IMG/VR virus record: IMGVR_UViG_2526164598_000014
Source of the DNA: a virus
Lineage: Duplodnaviria > Heunggongvirae > Uroviricota > Caudoviricetes
Strand: one strand, 5' to 3'
Length of the DNA stretch: 49,244 nt
The notes below the pieces were generated by a model. That model did not search any database. It was not told where the DNA came from and saw only the letters and a program-made list of their open reading frames with translations. Below are positions 17,881-34,188 of this stretch, in pieces (positions within the stretch are counted from its first letter, which is position 1; each line of letters begins with the position of its first letter). The position numbers were made by a program, and so were the translations under genes.

Positions 17881-18224
17881 CAATGGATTATTCACAGTTA
17901 AGTGATTTTGAAATTAACCGAATGGTAGGAGACATAATTTTTAAAGGCCTTTGGGCATGTAAGCCTGAAACATCAGGGAATAACACCAACAAATGGTATT
18001 ACGGAAATGCCGATGTAAGTCTTGAGCCATTAAACCCTTTGCCTGACTACTGCAATGATCCGAGCGCTTCATGGCCGATTATTGAGAAATACAGGATTTC
18101 TATCTTAGACCAGTTAACTGAATGGTGTGTGGATGCAAAAGGCGTAAGCCCAATATTTGATACCAGACCTCTCCGCGCCGCCATGATTGTCTTTCTCCTG
18201 ATGCAGGAGGCCAATAATGCTTAG
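17877..18224 (+). CDS. Hypothetical nin-region protein, about 115 aa
   Basis: ATG at 17877 overlaps ninE stop (ATGA); no motif recognised. Confidence 0.5.
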   Translation: MTMDYSQLSDFEINRMVGDIIFKGLWACKPETSGNNTNKWYYGNADVSLEPLNPLPDYCNDPSASWPIIEKYRISILDQLTEWCVDAKGVSPIFDTRPLRAAMIVFLLMQEANNA

Positions 18225-18434
18225 CCCATCTCAATCCCTTCAATACCTGAAAGGAAGCATAGAGCGGGCTTCAATGTGCACAGAGTGGATTCTATCTAGG
18301 TTTAGCGCATACAGAAGATTGCCGGTAAAGGGCATGCCAAGCAAGTCGATGCTGCATATGCAAAAGAATGCGCGCTGGAAGGTATGGCGAGAACACAGGT
18401 TATCTGGCTGAAAGAGGGGGTTATTAAGGCGTGA
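18217..18434 (+). pseudogene. ninF-like 5' end joined out of frame to the 3' end of another gene (remnant)
   Basis: First 10 residues as lambda NinF ([10 protein letters not shown]) then divergence; a different frame (18306-18434) carries a plausible C-terminus ...[26 protein letters not shown] whose TGA overlaps the rusA GTG. Confidence 0.35.
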
Positions 18435-18793
18435 ATACCTACAGCATCACATTACCCTGGCCTCCGAGCAATAATCGCTATTACCGCCATAATCGCGGGC
18501 GCACGCACGTCAGCGCAGAGGGGCAGGCATACCGCGATAACGTCGCCCGAATCATTAAAAACGCAATGCTGGATATCGGCCTGGCTATGCCTGTGAAAAT
18601 CCGCATTGAGTGCCACATGCCGGATCGCCGTCGCCGTGACCTGGATAATCTGCAAAAAGCCGCTTTTGACGCACTCACTAAAGCAGGTTTCTGGCTGGAT
18701 GATGCTCAGGTCGTTGATTACCGCGTTGTGAAGATGCCTGTTACCAAAGGTGGGAGGCTGGAACTGACCATCACCGAAATGGAGAATGAATGA
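18431..18793 (+). CDS. rusA: RusA Holliday junction resolvase
   Basis: 120-aa ORF (GTG start) matching RusA of lambdoid prophages as recalled ([18 protein letters not shown]...). Confidence 0.9.
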   Translation: MNTYSITLPWPPSNNRYYRHNRGRTHVSAEGQAYRDNVARIIKNAMLDIGLAMPVKIRIECHMPDRRRRDLDNLQKAAFDALTKAGFWLDDAQVVDYRVVKMPVTKGGRLELTITEMENE

Positions 18794-18930
18794 TGTTTGA
18801 GTTTAATATGGCAGAACTTCTTCGCCACCGCTGGGGGCGTCTGCGCTTATATCGTTTCCCCGGTTCTGTTTTGACCGATTACCGAATACTGAAGAATTAC
18901 GCCAAAACCCTGACAGGAGCAGGAGTATGA
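18790..18930 (+). CDS. ylcG: YlcG-like small protein, 46 aa ([46 protein letters not shown])
   Basis: ATG overlaps rusA stop; matches the DLP12 ylcG product as recalled; below ORF-track cutoff. Confidence 0.6.
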   Translation: MMFEFNMAELLRHRWGRLRLYRFPGSVLTDYRILKNYAKTLTGAGV

Positions 18931-19015
18931 AGTCAGAGATAACAATCAACTAATACTGTTTTGTTGATTTTTGCTTGTAATTGGCGTTCTGGTCTGATTT
19001 TTGTGGAGTAAGTTG

Positions 19016-19399
19016 ATGCGTGATATTCAGATGGTTCTTGAGCGTTGGGGAGCGTGGGCGGCTAATAATCATGAAGATGTGACCTGGTCGTCCATTGCCG
19101 CCGGTTTTAAGGGATTAATTACTTCAAAAGTAAAATCTCGCCCGCAATGTTGTGACGATGACGCGATGATTATTTGCGGGTGCATGGCCCGTCTGAAAAA
19201 GAACAACAGCGATTTGCACGATTTATTAGTAGATTATTATGTAGTCGGTATGACATTCATGTCACTGGCAGGTAAGCATTGCTGCTCTGATGGTTATATC
19301 GGGAAAAGGTTACAGAAGGCTGAGGGCATAATTGAAGGGATGTTAATGGCATTAGATATCCGGTTAGAGATGGATATCGTTGTTAATAACTCTAATTAA
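19016..19399 (+). CDS. Q: Q-type late antiterminator of the phage 82 / DLP12 QuuD type, 127 aa
   Basis: [34 protein letters not shown]... matches the phage-82-type Q as recalled; not lambda Q. Confidence 0.8.
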   Translation: MRDIQMVLERWGAWAANNHEDVTWSSIAAGFKGLITSKVKSRPQCCDDDAMIICGCMARLKKNNSDLHDLLVDYYVVGMTFMSLAGKHCCSDGYIGKRLQKAEGIIEGMLMALDIRLEMDIVVNNSN

Positions 19400-19419
19400 T
19401 ATGCCAATTGTTTACTAAA

Positions 19420-19451
19420 AATTATTAAAAATGGGGCGTTGCAACGCCCCC
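19420..19451 (-). terminator. Putative terminator downstream of the porin gene
   Basis: Hairpin GGGGCG-TTGCAA-CGCCCC at 19433-19450 followed on the reverse strand by a T-rich run. Confidence 0.35.
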
Positions 19452-19587
19452 AAAAATAAAGGGTAATATATAACAGAAGATTTATATAGTTAGAAGCAAG
19501 GTTGTGCTCCTAAAGGAAGTGGCTTGAGGGAGCCACTTATATGTTGGGGAGGCAAAGCCTCCCGCAACATATCTTTTAGTAATCAAA

Positions 19588-20670
19588 TTAGAACTGGTAA
19601 ACCATACCTACAGCAACGATATCATCGGTAGCAACGCCAGATGCTTTCGTGAAATCGCTCTTATCAATCAGGTTGATTTTGTAATCAACAAAAGTGGACA
19701 TATTTTTGTTGAAGTAATAGGTTGCACCTACATCAATATATTCAACCAGGTCCTGATCACCCCACGCACCCAAGTCTTTTCCTTTAGATTGCAGGTAAGC
19801 AACGGACGGACGCAGACCGAAGTCGAACTGATATTGTGCAACTACTTCGAAGTTTTGTGCTTTGTTGGCAATATGGTTATTACCAAAAACAGTCATGTTC
19901 TGGGTTTCAGAATAGGTGGTAGCCAGATAGATGTTGTTCGCATCATATTTCAGACCAGCTGCCCATACTTCAGCATTTTGACCAGATGCATTCAGGCTGT
20001 TGTTACCGTAGATAACCTGATTATTAGTGCGGTCAGATTTAGCATAGGTTGCACCTACACCGAATCCTTCATACTCATAAGTAGTGGAGAAACCGAAACC
20101 ATCACCATTAGCTTCAGTTACGTCAGTGCGGTCATTTTTACCCTGATACTGAGCAGCAAAGTTCAGACCATCAACCAGACCAAAGAAGTCGTTGTTACGA
20201 TAAGTTGCAACACCAGTGGTGCGACCAGTCATGAACACATCTGTTTGGGTCCAGGTATCGCCACCGAATTCTGGCAGAACGTCAGTCCACGCACCGATGT
20301 CGTATGCTACACCGTAGTTACGGCCGTAATCGATTGAGCCGTAGTCACCGAATTTCAGGCCTGCAAATGCAAGACGGGTTTTGTCTTTGGAGGAACCTTG
20401 AGATTCAGCGCGGTTGCCTTTGAATTCATATTCCCACTGACCGAAACCAGTCAGTTGATCGTTGATTTGGGTTTCACCTTTGAAGCCAAGACGGGCATAA
20501 GTAGTATCACCATCATCTGCATCATTAGAGGAGAAGTAGTGCTTAGCATTAACTTTCCCGTACAGATCCAGCTTGTTACTGTCTTTATTATAAATTTCAG
20601 CTGCCTGAGCAGACATCGCCATCAGTACTGATGCAGCTACAGCAGAAATTGCCACTGTTAATTTTTTCAT
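19588..20670 (-). CDS. nmpC: Phage-borne general porin of the OmpC/OmpF/NmpC family, 360 aa
   Basis: Signal peptide plus C-terminal ...VGMVYQF porin signature; sits between Q and holin on the opposite strand as nmpC does in DLP12. Confidence 0.85.
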   Translation of the reverse strand: MKKLTVAISAVAASVLMAMSAQAAEIYNKDSNKLDLYGKVNAKHYFSSNDADDGDTTYARLGFKGETQINDQLTGFGQWEYEFKGNRAESQGSSKDKTRLAFAGLKFGDYGSIDYGRNYGVAYDIGAWTDVLPEFGGDTWTQTDVFMTGRTTGVATYRNNDFFGLVDGLNFAAQYQGKNDRTDVTEANGDGFGFSTTYEYEGFGVGATYAKSDRTNNQVIYGNNSLNASGQNAEVWAAGLKYDANNIYLATTYSETQNMTVFGNNHIANKAQNFEVVAQYQFDFGLRPSVAYLQSKGKDLGAWGDQDLVEYIDVGATYYFNKNMSTFVDYKINLIDKSDFTKASGVATDDIVAVGMVYQF

Positions 20671-21098
20671 CGTGAGCCCTTTTTTTTGAACTATTATTAA
20701 AAAATGATGTCACTGCGCGATAAATATTCATCTAATCAATGTGATTATTTCAAGATGTAAGTTTTGGTTTCTCGTTTGATTTGTGAAGTAGATCTCTATT
20801 TTTATCTGAACTTTTTTCTATCGAATCCTATTCATAGCTCTTGTCTGAATAAAAATAAATCTACTAGCCAATTTATATTAACGGCTGTTATTTATAAGTG
20901 CTCTATAATTTGAAGGTTCAATTTAAATCGGCTAAAAATAACACTGGAAATTATTTGTTGGTTATTTGTTGAGATTTGCTTATGTATTTGTAGTGGTGTT
21001 TTCAATACTCGGTAGCATTCTCGCAAATATCATTTAGTGGTTTACGTACGTAAAAAATTGGTTATGCTGTTAAGAGTGGTTACTTCGTCACACAGCTT

Positions 21099-21122
21099 AA
21101 ACCCGCCGTCGAGCGGGTTTTT
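21099..21122 (+). terminator. Intrinsic terminator upstream of holin (tR'-like)
   Basis: AAACCCGC-CGTCGA-GCGGGTTTTT hairpin plus T-run, about 120 nt upstream of the holin start. Confidence 0.45.
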
Positions 21123-21243
21123 CCATTTTTTGAGTCTCGATATTAGCTGATAACCCAATACCTGAGTTATTCACTGACTCCGAGTCTGTTACGTTTCGTA
21201 GTATTCCCTCAATTTACACCCGCTTTGTCTGCGAGGTGGGGTT

Positions 21244-21459
21244 ATGAAATCCATGGATAAGTTAACAACGGGTGTCGCCTATGGCACCTCAGCAGGTAGT
21301 GCCGGTTACTGGTTTTTACAGCTGCTCGATAAAGTCACGCCCTCACAGTGGGCAGCAATAGGTGTGCAGGGTAGCCTGGTATTTGGCCTGCTGACGTACC
21401 TGACAAACCTTTATTTCAAGATTAAAGAAGATAAGCGCAAGGCTGCGAGAGGTGAATAA
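21244..21459 (+). CDS. S: Class II pinholin of phage 21 S type, 71 aa, dual-start motif MKSM
   Basis: [58 protein letters not shown]... two TM segments, Met1 and Met4. Confidence 0.9.
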
Positions 21460-21796
21460 TGCCTCCATCATTACGAAAAGCCGTTGCTGCTGCTATTGGT
21501 GGCGGAGCAATTGCTATAGCATCAGTGTTAATCACTGGCCCAAGTGGTAACGATGGTCTGGAAGGTGTCAGCTACATACCATACAAAGATATTGTTGGTG
21601 TATGGACTGTATGTCACGGGCATACAGGAAAAGACATCATGCTCGGTAAAACGTATACCAAAGCAGAATGCAAAGCCCTCCTGAATAAAGACCTTGCCAC
21701 GGTCGCCAGACAAATTAACCCGTACATCAAAGTCGATATTGTCAACGCCAAGATTATTGGCCGTTTTTCGCCATTTTTAATGTCCGCTATTGGTCA

Positions 21797-23763
<1,967 letters not shown>

Positions 23764-24081
23764 GAGTGTTCCCTTTGTGGTGTAGGAACCTTAAGGAAAC
23801 AACATGTTGGGTGGAGCGGACAATCCAAATGGTGAATTACTGTCTTATATCATTGGCGCTGACAATATACCGGAAACAATGCGCGGCGCTCTTTACTCAT
23901 TCGTTTACAACGTGGGTGCTGGCAATTTCAGAACATCGACGCTTCTTCGCAAAATAAACCAGGGCGATATCAAAGGCGCATGTGATCAGCTACGTCGCTG
24001 GACATATGCTGGCGGTAAGCAATGGAAAGGTCTCATGACTCGTCGTGAGATTGAGCGTGAAATCTGTTTGTGGGGTCAGCA

Positions 24082-24540
24082 ATGAACAGAGTAACCGCGA
24101 TTATCTCCGCTCTGGTTATCTGCATCATCGTCGGCCTGTCATGGGCTGTTAATCATTACCGTGATAACGCCATTACCTACAAAGCCCAGCGCGACAAAAA
24201 TGCCAGAGAACTGAAGCTGGCGAACGTGGCAATTACTGACATGCAGATGCGTCAGCGTGATGTTGCTGCGCTCGATGCAAGATACACAAAGGAGCTTGCT
24301 GATGCTAACGCGACTATCGAAAGTCTCCGTGCTGATGTTTCTGCTGGGCGTAAGCGCCTGCAAGTCGCCGCCACCTGTGCAAAGTCAACGACCGGAGCCA
24401 GCGGCATGGGCGATGGAGAAAGCCCAGGACTTACAGCAGATGCTGAACTCAATTATTACCGTCTCCGAAGTGGAATCGACAAGATAACCGCGCAGGTTAA
24501 CTACCTGCAGGAATACATCAGGACGCAATGCCTGAAATAA
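24082..24540 (+). CDS. Rz: Rz inner-membrane spanin
   Basis: N-terminal TM segment, coiled-coil body; ATG at 24082 overlaps endolysin stop. Confidence 0.85.
   Translation: MNRVTAIISALVICIIVGLSWAVNHYRDNAITYKAQRDKNARELKLANVAITDMQMRQRDVAALDARYTKELADANATIESLRADVSAGRKRLQVAATCAKSTTGASGMGDGESPGLTADAELNYYRLRSGIDKITAQVNYLQEYIRTQCLK
24302..24487 (+). CDS. Rz1: Rz1 outer-membrane lipoprotein spanin, embedded in +1 frame of Rz
   Basis: ATG at 24302 preceded by AAGGAG; lipoprotein signal [20 protein letters not shown] followed by proline-rich segment. Confidence 0.65.
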   Translation: MLTRLSKVSVLMFLLGVSACKSPPPVQSQRPEPAAWAMEKAQDLQQMLNSIITVSEVESTR

Positions 24541-24741
24541 TTTTTTTGCAAATCACAAAGTCCATTTAATGAGCCTCGCGATGCGGGGCTTTTTGCAATA
24601 AATGCGTACCGCAACGCATGTTTTTTACACCGAACCTGCCCCTTTGGAATGGGCCTTTGAGGATACCAGTTAGTGCTGGCGAGCCTCGGTGGGCTGGTTT
24701 CCTGTGCGGCAAAGGTTCATTTCAAAGAGTAGGTACACGCT

Positions 24742-25239
24742 ATGAAATCATTAACCCTCTTCAATCAACCAATTCGTATCGGTGAAGATGGCATGATCTG
24801 CCTCACTGATATGTGGAAAGCCAGTGGTAAAAGTGAATCTGAATCGCCTTACCACTACCTGCGAAACAAGCAGACCAAAGAGTTCTTAGCCGAGCTGGAG
24901 AAAAACCACGAATCTGTGGTTTTTACTGAGCGCGGTGTACACGGTGGAACATATGGCGGGAAGTTTGTTGCTTACGATTATGCGGCTTGGTTAAACCCCG
25001 GGTTCAAGTACGCGGCCTATAAAGTCCTCGATGACTACTTCACCGGAGAACTTCAGCATCGCAACAGCTTAAGTGCGCAGCTCAACATGAAATGTCATGA
25101 GTTTGACCAGAAGAAAGACATGGCGAGCTTCTGCGGACAAGGGCTGGCAGCATGGCGCTATACGAAGCCAGTGTTGGTCGCTGAGATTAACTCCCTGGCT
25201 AACCAGCTGCAGATTACGATCCCCGGGCTTCCGGGATGA
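24742..25239 (+). CDS. Hypothetical protein, 165 aa, possible KilA-N/Bro-N-like N-terminal domain
   Basis: N-terminus FNQPIRIGEDGMICLTDMWKASGK resembles the KilA-N fold signature; weak call. Confidence 0.45.
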   Translation: MKSLTLFNQPIRIGEDGMICLTDMWKASGKSESESPYHYLRNKQTKEFLAELEKNHESVVFTERGVHGGTYGGKFVAYDYAAWLNPGFKYAAYKVLDDYFTGELQHRNSLSAQLNMKCHEFDQKKDMASFCGQGLAAWRYTKPVLVAEINSLANQLQITIPGLPG

Positions 25240-25499
25240 GTGATCGTGTTATTGAATGCGCCTCCAGAGCGGGGCGCGACTTCTCAGAGTTCATGAAAGG
25301 CGAGAAGGGCATGATGGAAGCATTGGCCTCGGTGGATGAGTTTGGCGAGCAGCTGCGCCTCAACGGCTGTGTCAATCATCACTTTGTTAGCTACATGATG
25401 CGGAACTCGATCATGCAGGCATTCATAGACATGGCAAAAGCCGAGAGGAAAGAAGAGCGCCGGCGTAAGCGAGCGGAAGCAAAAGCAAAAGTGAAGTAG
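25236..25499 (+). CDS. Hypothetical protein, 87 aa, lysine/arginine-rich C-terminus
   Basis: ORF overlaps upstream gene stop by 4 nt. Confidence 0.45.
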   Translation: MSDRVIECASRAGRDFSEFMKGEKGMMEALASVDEFGEQLRLNGCVNHHFVSYMMRNSIMQAFIDMAKAERKEERRRKRAEAKAKVK

Positions 25500-26087
25500 C
25501 CATTACAAAGCCCATTTACGGGTGGGCTTGATAATGAAACCGGAATTTATTCTGGGCCACCAGTTAACGGCAGTACCACGAAACAACCCAAGCCAGTAAG
25601 TGGGGAAATAACACCGGCAGCCACTGAAAGATGAACCTCCTGCCTTATGGCAAAAAAGATTCTTTGTGGTGGCGGACTGATGGAAAGACATCCTAATTTC
25701 AGCCAAACATTGAAGGAGTTGTTATGTCAGCAGAAGGTTTCAATAACCCATCAAAATTCCGGGATGAGTGGGATAGCAGCGTAAAGAGTAAGTGATGCCA
25801 TCACAAAAGCCATTCCCTACAGAGTGGCTTTGATAATGGCTTATACCCTACACGGGATAACTTAACTGATATCCCTTTTAAAGGATAAAGGTATTCAAGC
25901 CTGACACATCATGCGCTGTATCGTCGCCGTATTCCCGTATTAACAGAGACCGTAGCCCGACGGGGAACTCCTTCTGCGCGAGTGTGCGGGAATAATCAAA
26001 AACGATGCACACCGGGGTTACCGGGTACACATATTTCATCATGCCAGCGAGTCCGGTTCTGGCACGGAAGAAACCGGACGTTATGAT

Positions 26088-26498
26088 TTAGTGCGGAAAT
26101 ATTTGTGTAGAGTTCTGAATGTTCTCAGTAAAGAGTAATGAATTATCAAAGGTATAGTAATACCTTTTGTTTTCGTGGATATTTGTAATCCATCTGAAAA
26201 CCCCTGCTGTAGCAAGATTTTTCCTGTATTCGTAAAATGATAACTCTCCTGATTTGAATCCTTTTAAGGTGGCTTCTATAAGGCATTTATTTTTTGAAAA
26301 TCTTACATTTACAACCTTACCCTGTCCTTTTATTAAAACCGTATTATCGTTTTCAAGAACAAGATGAATATTCTCTGTGGCTAAATAGTAAATGTAATGT
26401 GAGACATTGTGACGTTTTAGTTCAGAATAAAACCAGTGATAGTTTAAATTATTTCGCACTTTATCGAATATTTGTTTAAAAATGGCAACCTGAGCCAT
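26088..26498 (-). CDS. Hypothetical protein, 136 aa from ATG 26496-26498 (DLP12 YbcV-like by size and position)
   Basis: GGAAGG RBS 9 nt upstream of the internal ATG (MAQVAIF...); very AT-rich. Confidence 0.5.
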   Translation of the reverse strand: MAQVAIFKQIFDKVRNNLNYHWFYSELKRHNVSHYIYYLATENIHLVLENDNTVLIKGQGKVVNVRFSKNKCLIEATLKGFKSGELSFYEYRKNLATAGVFRWITNIHENKRYYYTFDNSLLFTENIQNSTQIFPH

Positions 26499-26555
26499 TG
26501 TAGTACCTTCCATGTGATATGAGGGGGCGTAGTCTGCACGATTATCTAAATTGCT

Positions 26556-26789
26556 TCAATCTGGTCTAACCTGTTTTCTGAGCAATTCAGTAATGTCACT
26601 CTTTTCTTTGTTTGCTTCAGGCGAAACTCTTTTTTCTGAGCACAGTCTCCGGCGGCAGGCTTCAATGACCCAGGCTGAGAAATTCCCGGACCCTTTTTGA
26701 ACAAGAGCGATGTTAATTTGTTCAATCATTTGGTTAGGAAAGCGGATGTTGCGGGTTGTTGTTCTGCGGGTTCTGTTCTTCGTTGACAT
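26556..26789 (-). CDS. Small basic protein, 77 aa, possible ribbon-helix-helix DNA binder
   Basis: Arg-rich N-terminus followed by IRFPNQMIEQINIALVQKGSGNFSAWVIEACRRRL; 42 bp upstream of the 136-aa gene on the same strand. Confidence 0.45.
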   Translation of the reverse strand: MSTKNRTRRTTTRNIRFPNQMIEQINIALVQKGSGNFSAWVIEACRRRLCSEKRVSPEANKEKSDITELLRKQVRPD

Positions 26790-26988
26790 GAGGTTGCCCT
26801 GTATTCAGTGTCGCTGATTTGTATTGTCTGAAGTTGTTTTTACGTTAAGTTGATGCAGATCAATTAATACGATACCTGCGTCATAATTGATTATTTGACG
26901 TGGTTTGATGGCGTAGATGCACGTTGTGACATGTAGATGATAATTATTATCATTTTGCGGGTCCTTTCCGGCGATCCGACAGGTTACG

Positions 26989-27000
26989 GGGCGGCGACCT
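26989..27000. other. cos: cosN: 12-nt lambda cohesive end GGGCGGCGACCT
   Basis: Exact lambda left-end sequence GGGCGGCGACCTCGCGGGTTTTCGCTATTTATGAAAATTTTCCGG follows; cosB/Nu1 sites continue to 27177. Confidence 0.9.
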
Positions 27001-27177
27001 CGCGGGTTTTCGCTATTTATGAAAATTTTCCGGTTTAAGGCGTTTCCGTTCTTCTTCGTCATAACTTAATGTTTTTATTTAAAATACCCTCTGAAAAGAA
27101 AGGAAACGACAGGTGCTGAAAGCGAGCTTTTTGGCCTCTGTCGTTTCCTTTCTCTGTTTTTGTCCGTGGAATGAACA

Positions 27178-27697
27178 ATGGAAGTCAACAAAAAGCAGCT
27201 GGCTGACATTTTCGGTGCGAGTATCCGTACCATTCAGAACTGGCAGGAACAGGGAATGCCCGTTCTGCGAGGCGGTGGCAAGGGTAATGAGGTGCTTTAT
27301 GACTCTGCCGCCGTCATAAAATGGTATGCCGAAAGGGATGCTGAAATTGAGAACGAAAAGCTGCGCCGGGAAGTTGAAGAACTGCGGCAGGCCAGCGAGA
27401 CAGATCTCCAGCCAGGGACTATTGAGTACGAACGCCATCGACTTACGCGTGCGCAGGCCGACGCACAGGAGCTGAAAAATGCCAGAGACTCCGCTGAAGT
27501 GGTGGAAACCGCATTCTGTACTTTCGTGCTGTCGCGGATCGCAGGTGAAATTGCCAGTATTCTCGACGGGATCCCCCTGTCGGTGCAGCGGCGTTTTCCG
27601 GAACTGGAAAACCGACATGTTGATTTCCTGAAACGGGATATCATCAAAGCCATGAACAAAGCAGCCGCGCTGGATGAACTGATACCGGGGTTGCTGA

Positions 27698-27723
<26 letters not shown>
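27178..27723 (+). CDS. nu1: Terminase small subunit Nu1
   Basis: 181-aa ORF matching lambda Nu1 as recalled. Confidence 0.96.
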
Positions 27724-31404
<3,681 letters not shown>

Positions 31405-31424
<20 letters not shown>

Positions 31425-32724
31425 TCTCCCGCATATTGCCAGTATGGCCTTTAATGATCCGCTGATGCTTGAACCCGCCTATGCGCGGGTTTTCTTTTGT
31501 GCGCTTGCAGGCCAGCTTGGGATCAGCCGCCTGACGGATGCGGTGTCCGGCGACAGCCTGACTGCCCAGGAGGCACTCGCGACGCTGGCGTTATCCGGTG
31601 ATGATGACGGACCACGACAGGCCCGCAGTTATCAGGTCATGAACGGCATCGCCGTGCTGCCGGTGTCCGGCACGCTGGTCAGCCGGACGCGGGCGCTGCA
31701 GCCGTACTCGGGGATGACCGGTTACAACGGCATTATCGCCCGTCTGCAACAGGCTGCCAGCGATCCGATGGTGGACGGCATTCTGCTCGATATGGACACG
31801 CCCGGCGGGATGGTGGCGGGGGCATTTGACTGCGCTGACATCATCGCCCGTGTGCGTGACATAAAACCGGTATGGGCGCTTGCCAACGACATGAACTGCA
31901 GTGCAGGTCAGTTGCTTGCCAGTGCCGCCTCCCGGCGTCTGGTCACGCAGACCGCCCGGACAGGCTCCATCGGCGTCATGATGGCTCACAGTAATTACGG
32001 TGCTGCGCTGGAGAAACAGGGTGTGGAAATCACGCTGATTTACAGCGGCAGCCATAAGGTGGATGGCAACCCCTACAGCCATCTTCCGGATGACGTCCGG
32101 GAGACACTGCAGTCCCGGATGGACGCAACCCGCCAGATGTTTGCGCAGAAGGTGTCGGCATATACCGGCCTGTCCGTGCAGGCTGTGCTGGATACCGAGG
32201 CTGCAGTGTACAGCGGTCAGGAGGCCATTGATGCCGGACTGGCTGATGAACTTGTTAACAGCACCGATGCGATCACCGTCATGCGTGATGCACTGGATGC
32301 ACGTAAATCCCGTCTCTCAGGAGGGCGAATGACCAAAGAGACTCAATCAACAACTGTTTCAGCCACTGCTTCGCAGGCTGACGTTACTGACGTGGTGCCA
32401 GCGACGGAGGGCGAAAACGCCAGCGCGGCGCAGCCGGACGTGAACGCGCAGATCACCGCAGCGGTTGCGGCAGAAAACAGCCGCATTATGGGGATCCTCA
32501 ACTGTGAGGAGGCTCACGGACGCGAAGAACAGGCACGCGTGCTGGCAGAAACCCCCGGTATGACCGTGAAAACGGCCCGCCGCATTCTGGCCGCAGCACC
32601 ACAGAGTGCACAGGCGCGCAGTGACACTGCGCTGGATCGTCTGATGCAGGGGGCACCGGCACCGCTGGCTGCAGGTAACCCGGCATCTGATGCCGTTAAC
32701 GATTTGCTGAACACACCAGTGTAA
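31405..32724 (+). CDS. C: Capsid assembly protease C
   Basis: GTG at 31405 gives (M)TAELRNLPHIASMAFNDPLMLEPAYARVFF... as lambda gpC; overlaps B end. Confidence 0.9.
32329..32724 (+). CDS. nu3: Scaffold protein Nu3 (in-frame internal start within C)
   Basis: Internal ATG at 32329 gives MTKETQSTTVSATASQ... as lambda Nu3. Confidence 0.85.
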   Translation: MTKETQSTTVSATASQADVTDVVPATEGENASAAQPDVNAQITAAVAAENSRIMGILNCEEAHGREEQARVLAETPGMTVKTARRILAAAPQSAQARSDTALDRLMQGAPAPLAAGNPASDAVNDLLNTPV

Positions 32725-32733
32725 GGGATGTTT

Positions 32734-33066
32734 ATGACGAGCAAAGAAACCTTTACCCATTACCAGCCGCAGGGCAACAGTGACCCGGCTCATACCGCAA
32801 CCGCGCCCGGCGGATTGAGTGCGAAAGCGCCTGCAATGACCCCGCTGATGCTGGACACCTCCAGCCGTAAGCTGGTTGCGTGGGATGGCACCACCGACGG
32901 TGCTGCCGTTGGCATTCTTGCGGTTGCTGCTGACCAGACCAGCACCACGCTGACATTCTACAAGTCCGGCACGTTCCGTTATGAGGATGTGCTCTGGCCG
33001 GAGGCTGCCAGCGACGAGACGAAAAAACGGACCGCGTTTGCCGGAACGGCAATCAGCATCGTTTAA
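32734..33066 (+). CDS. D: Head decoration protein D
   Basis: [27 protein letters not shown]... as lambda gpD. Confidence 0.95.
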
Positions 33067-33083
33067 CTTTACCCTTCATCACT

Positions 33084-33108
33084 AAAGGCCGCCTGTGCGG
33101 CTTTTTTT
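33084..33108 (+). terminator. Hairpin GGCCGC-CTGT-GCGGC plus T7 run between D and E
   Basis: Stem-loop and T-run read directly; could act as attenuator or RNA stabiliser in the late operon. Confidence 0.35.
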
Positions 33109-33121
33109 ACGGGATTTTTTT

Positions 33122-34147
33122 ATGTCGATGTACACAACCGCCCAGCTGCTGGCGGCAAATGAGCAGAAATTTAAGTTTGATCCGCTGTTTCTGCGTCTCT
33201 TTTTCCGTGAGAGCTATCCCTTCACCACGGAGAAAGTCTATCTCTCACAAATTCCGGGACTGGTAAACATGGCGCTGTACGTTTCGCCGATTGTTTCCGG
33301 TGAGGTTATCCGTTCCCGTGGCGGCTCCACCTCTGAATTTACGCCGGGATATGTCAAGCCGAAGCATGAAGTGAATCCGCAGATGACCCTGCGTCGCCTG
33401 CCGGATGAAGATCCGCAGAATCTGGCGGACCCGGCTTACCGCCGCCGTCGCATCATCATGCAGAACATGCGTGACGAAGAGCTGGCCATTGCTCAGGTCG
33501 AAGAGATGCAGGCAGTTTCTGCCGTGCTCAAGGGCAAATACACCATGACCGGTGAAGCCTTCGATCCGGTTGAGGTGGATATGGGCCGCAGTGCGGCGAA
33601 CAACATCACGCAGTCCGGCGGCACGGAGTGGAGCAAGCGTGACAAGTCCACGTATGACCCGACCGACGATATCGAAGCCTACGCGCTGAACGCCAGCGGC
33701 GTGGTGAATATCATCGTGTTTGACCCGAAAGGCTGGGCGCTGTTCCGTTCCTTCAAAGCCGTCAGGGAGAAGCTGGATACCCGTCGCGGCTCTCATTCCG
33801 AACTGGAGACAGCGGTAAAAGACCTGGGCAAAGCGGTGTCTTATAAGGGAATGTATGGCGATGTGGCCATCGTCGTGTATTCCGGACAGTACGTGGAAAA
33901 CGGCGTCAAAAAGAACTTCCTGCCGGACAACACGATGGTGCTGGGTAACACTCATGCACGCGGTCTGCGCACCTATGGCTGTATTCAGGATGCAGATGCA
34001 TTGAGTGAGGGTATTAATGCGTCTCCCCGTTATCCGAAAAACTGGAAGACATCCGGCGATCCGGCGCGAGAGTTCACCATGATTCAGTCAGCACCGCTGA
34101 TGCTGCTGGCTGATCCTGATGAGTTCGTGTCCGTTCAACTGGCGTAA
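33122..34147 (+). CDS. E: Major capsid protein E
   Basis: MSMYTTAQLLAANEQKFKFDPLFLRLFFRESYPF... as lambda gpE. Confidence 0.96.
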   Translation: MSMYTTAQLLAANEQKFKFDPLFLRLFFRESYPFTTEKVYLSQIPGLVNMALYVSPIVSGEVIRSRGGSTSEFTPGYVKPKHEVNPQMTLRRLPDEDPQNLADPAYRRRRIIMQNMRDEELAIAQVEEMQAVSAVLKGKYTMTGEAFDPVEVDMGRSAANNITQSGGTEWSKRDKSTYDPTDDIEAYALNASGVVNIIVFDPKGWALFRSFKAVREKLDTRRGSHSELETAVKDLGKAVSYKGMYGDVAIVVYSGQYVENGVKKNFLPDNTMVLGNTHARGLRTYGCIQDADALSEGINASPRYPKNWKTSGDPAREFTMIQSAPLMLLADPDEFVSVQLA

Positions 34148-34188
34148 TCATGGCCCTTCGGGGCCATTTTCTCTCTGTGGAGGAGTCC

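Noticed and set aside
25503-25706. 67-aa reverse-strand ORF after the 87-aa gene
   Set aside because: No ribosome-binding site, Trp/Arg-rich composition, and it sits in an intergenic stretch that contains short stop-interrupted fragments; more likely non-coding.
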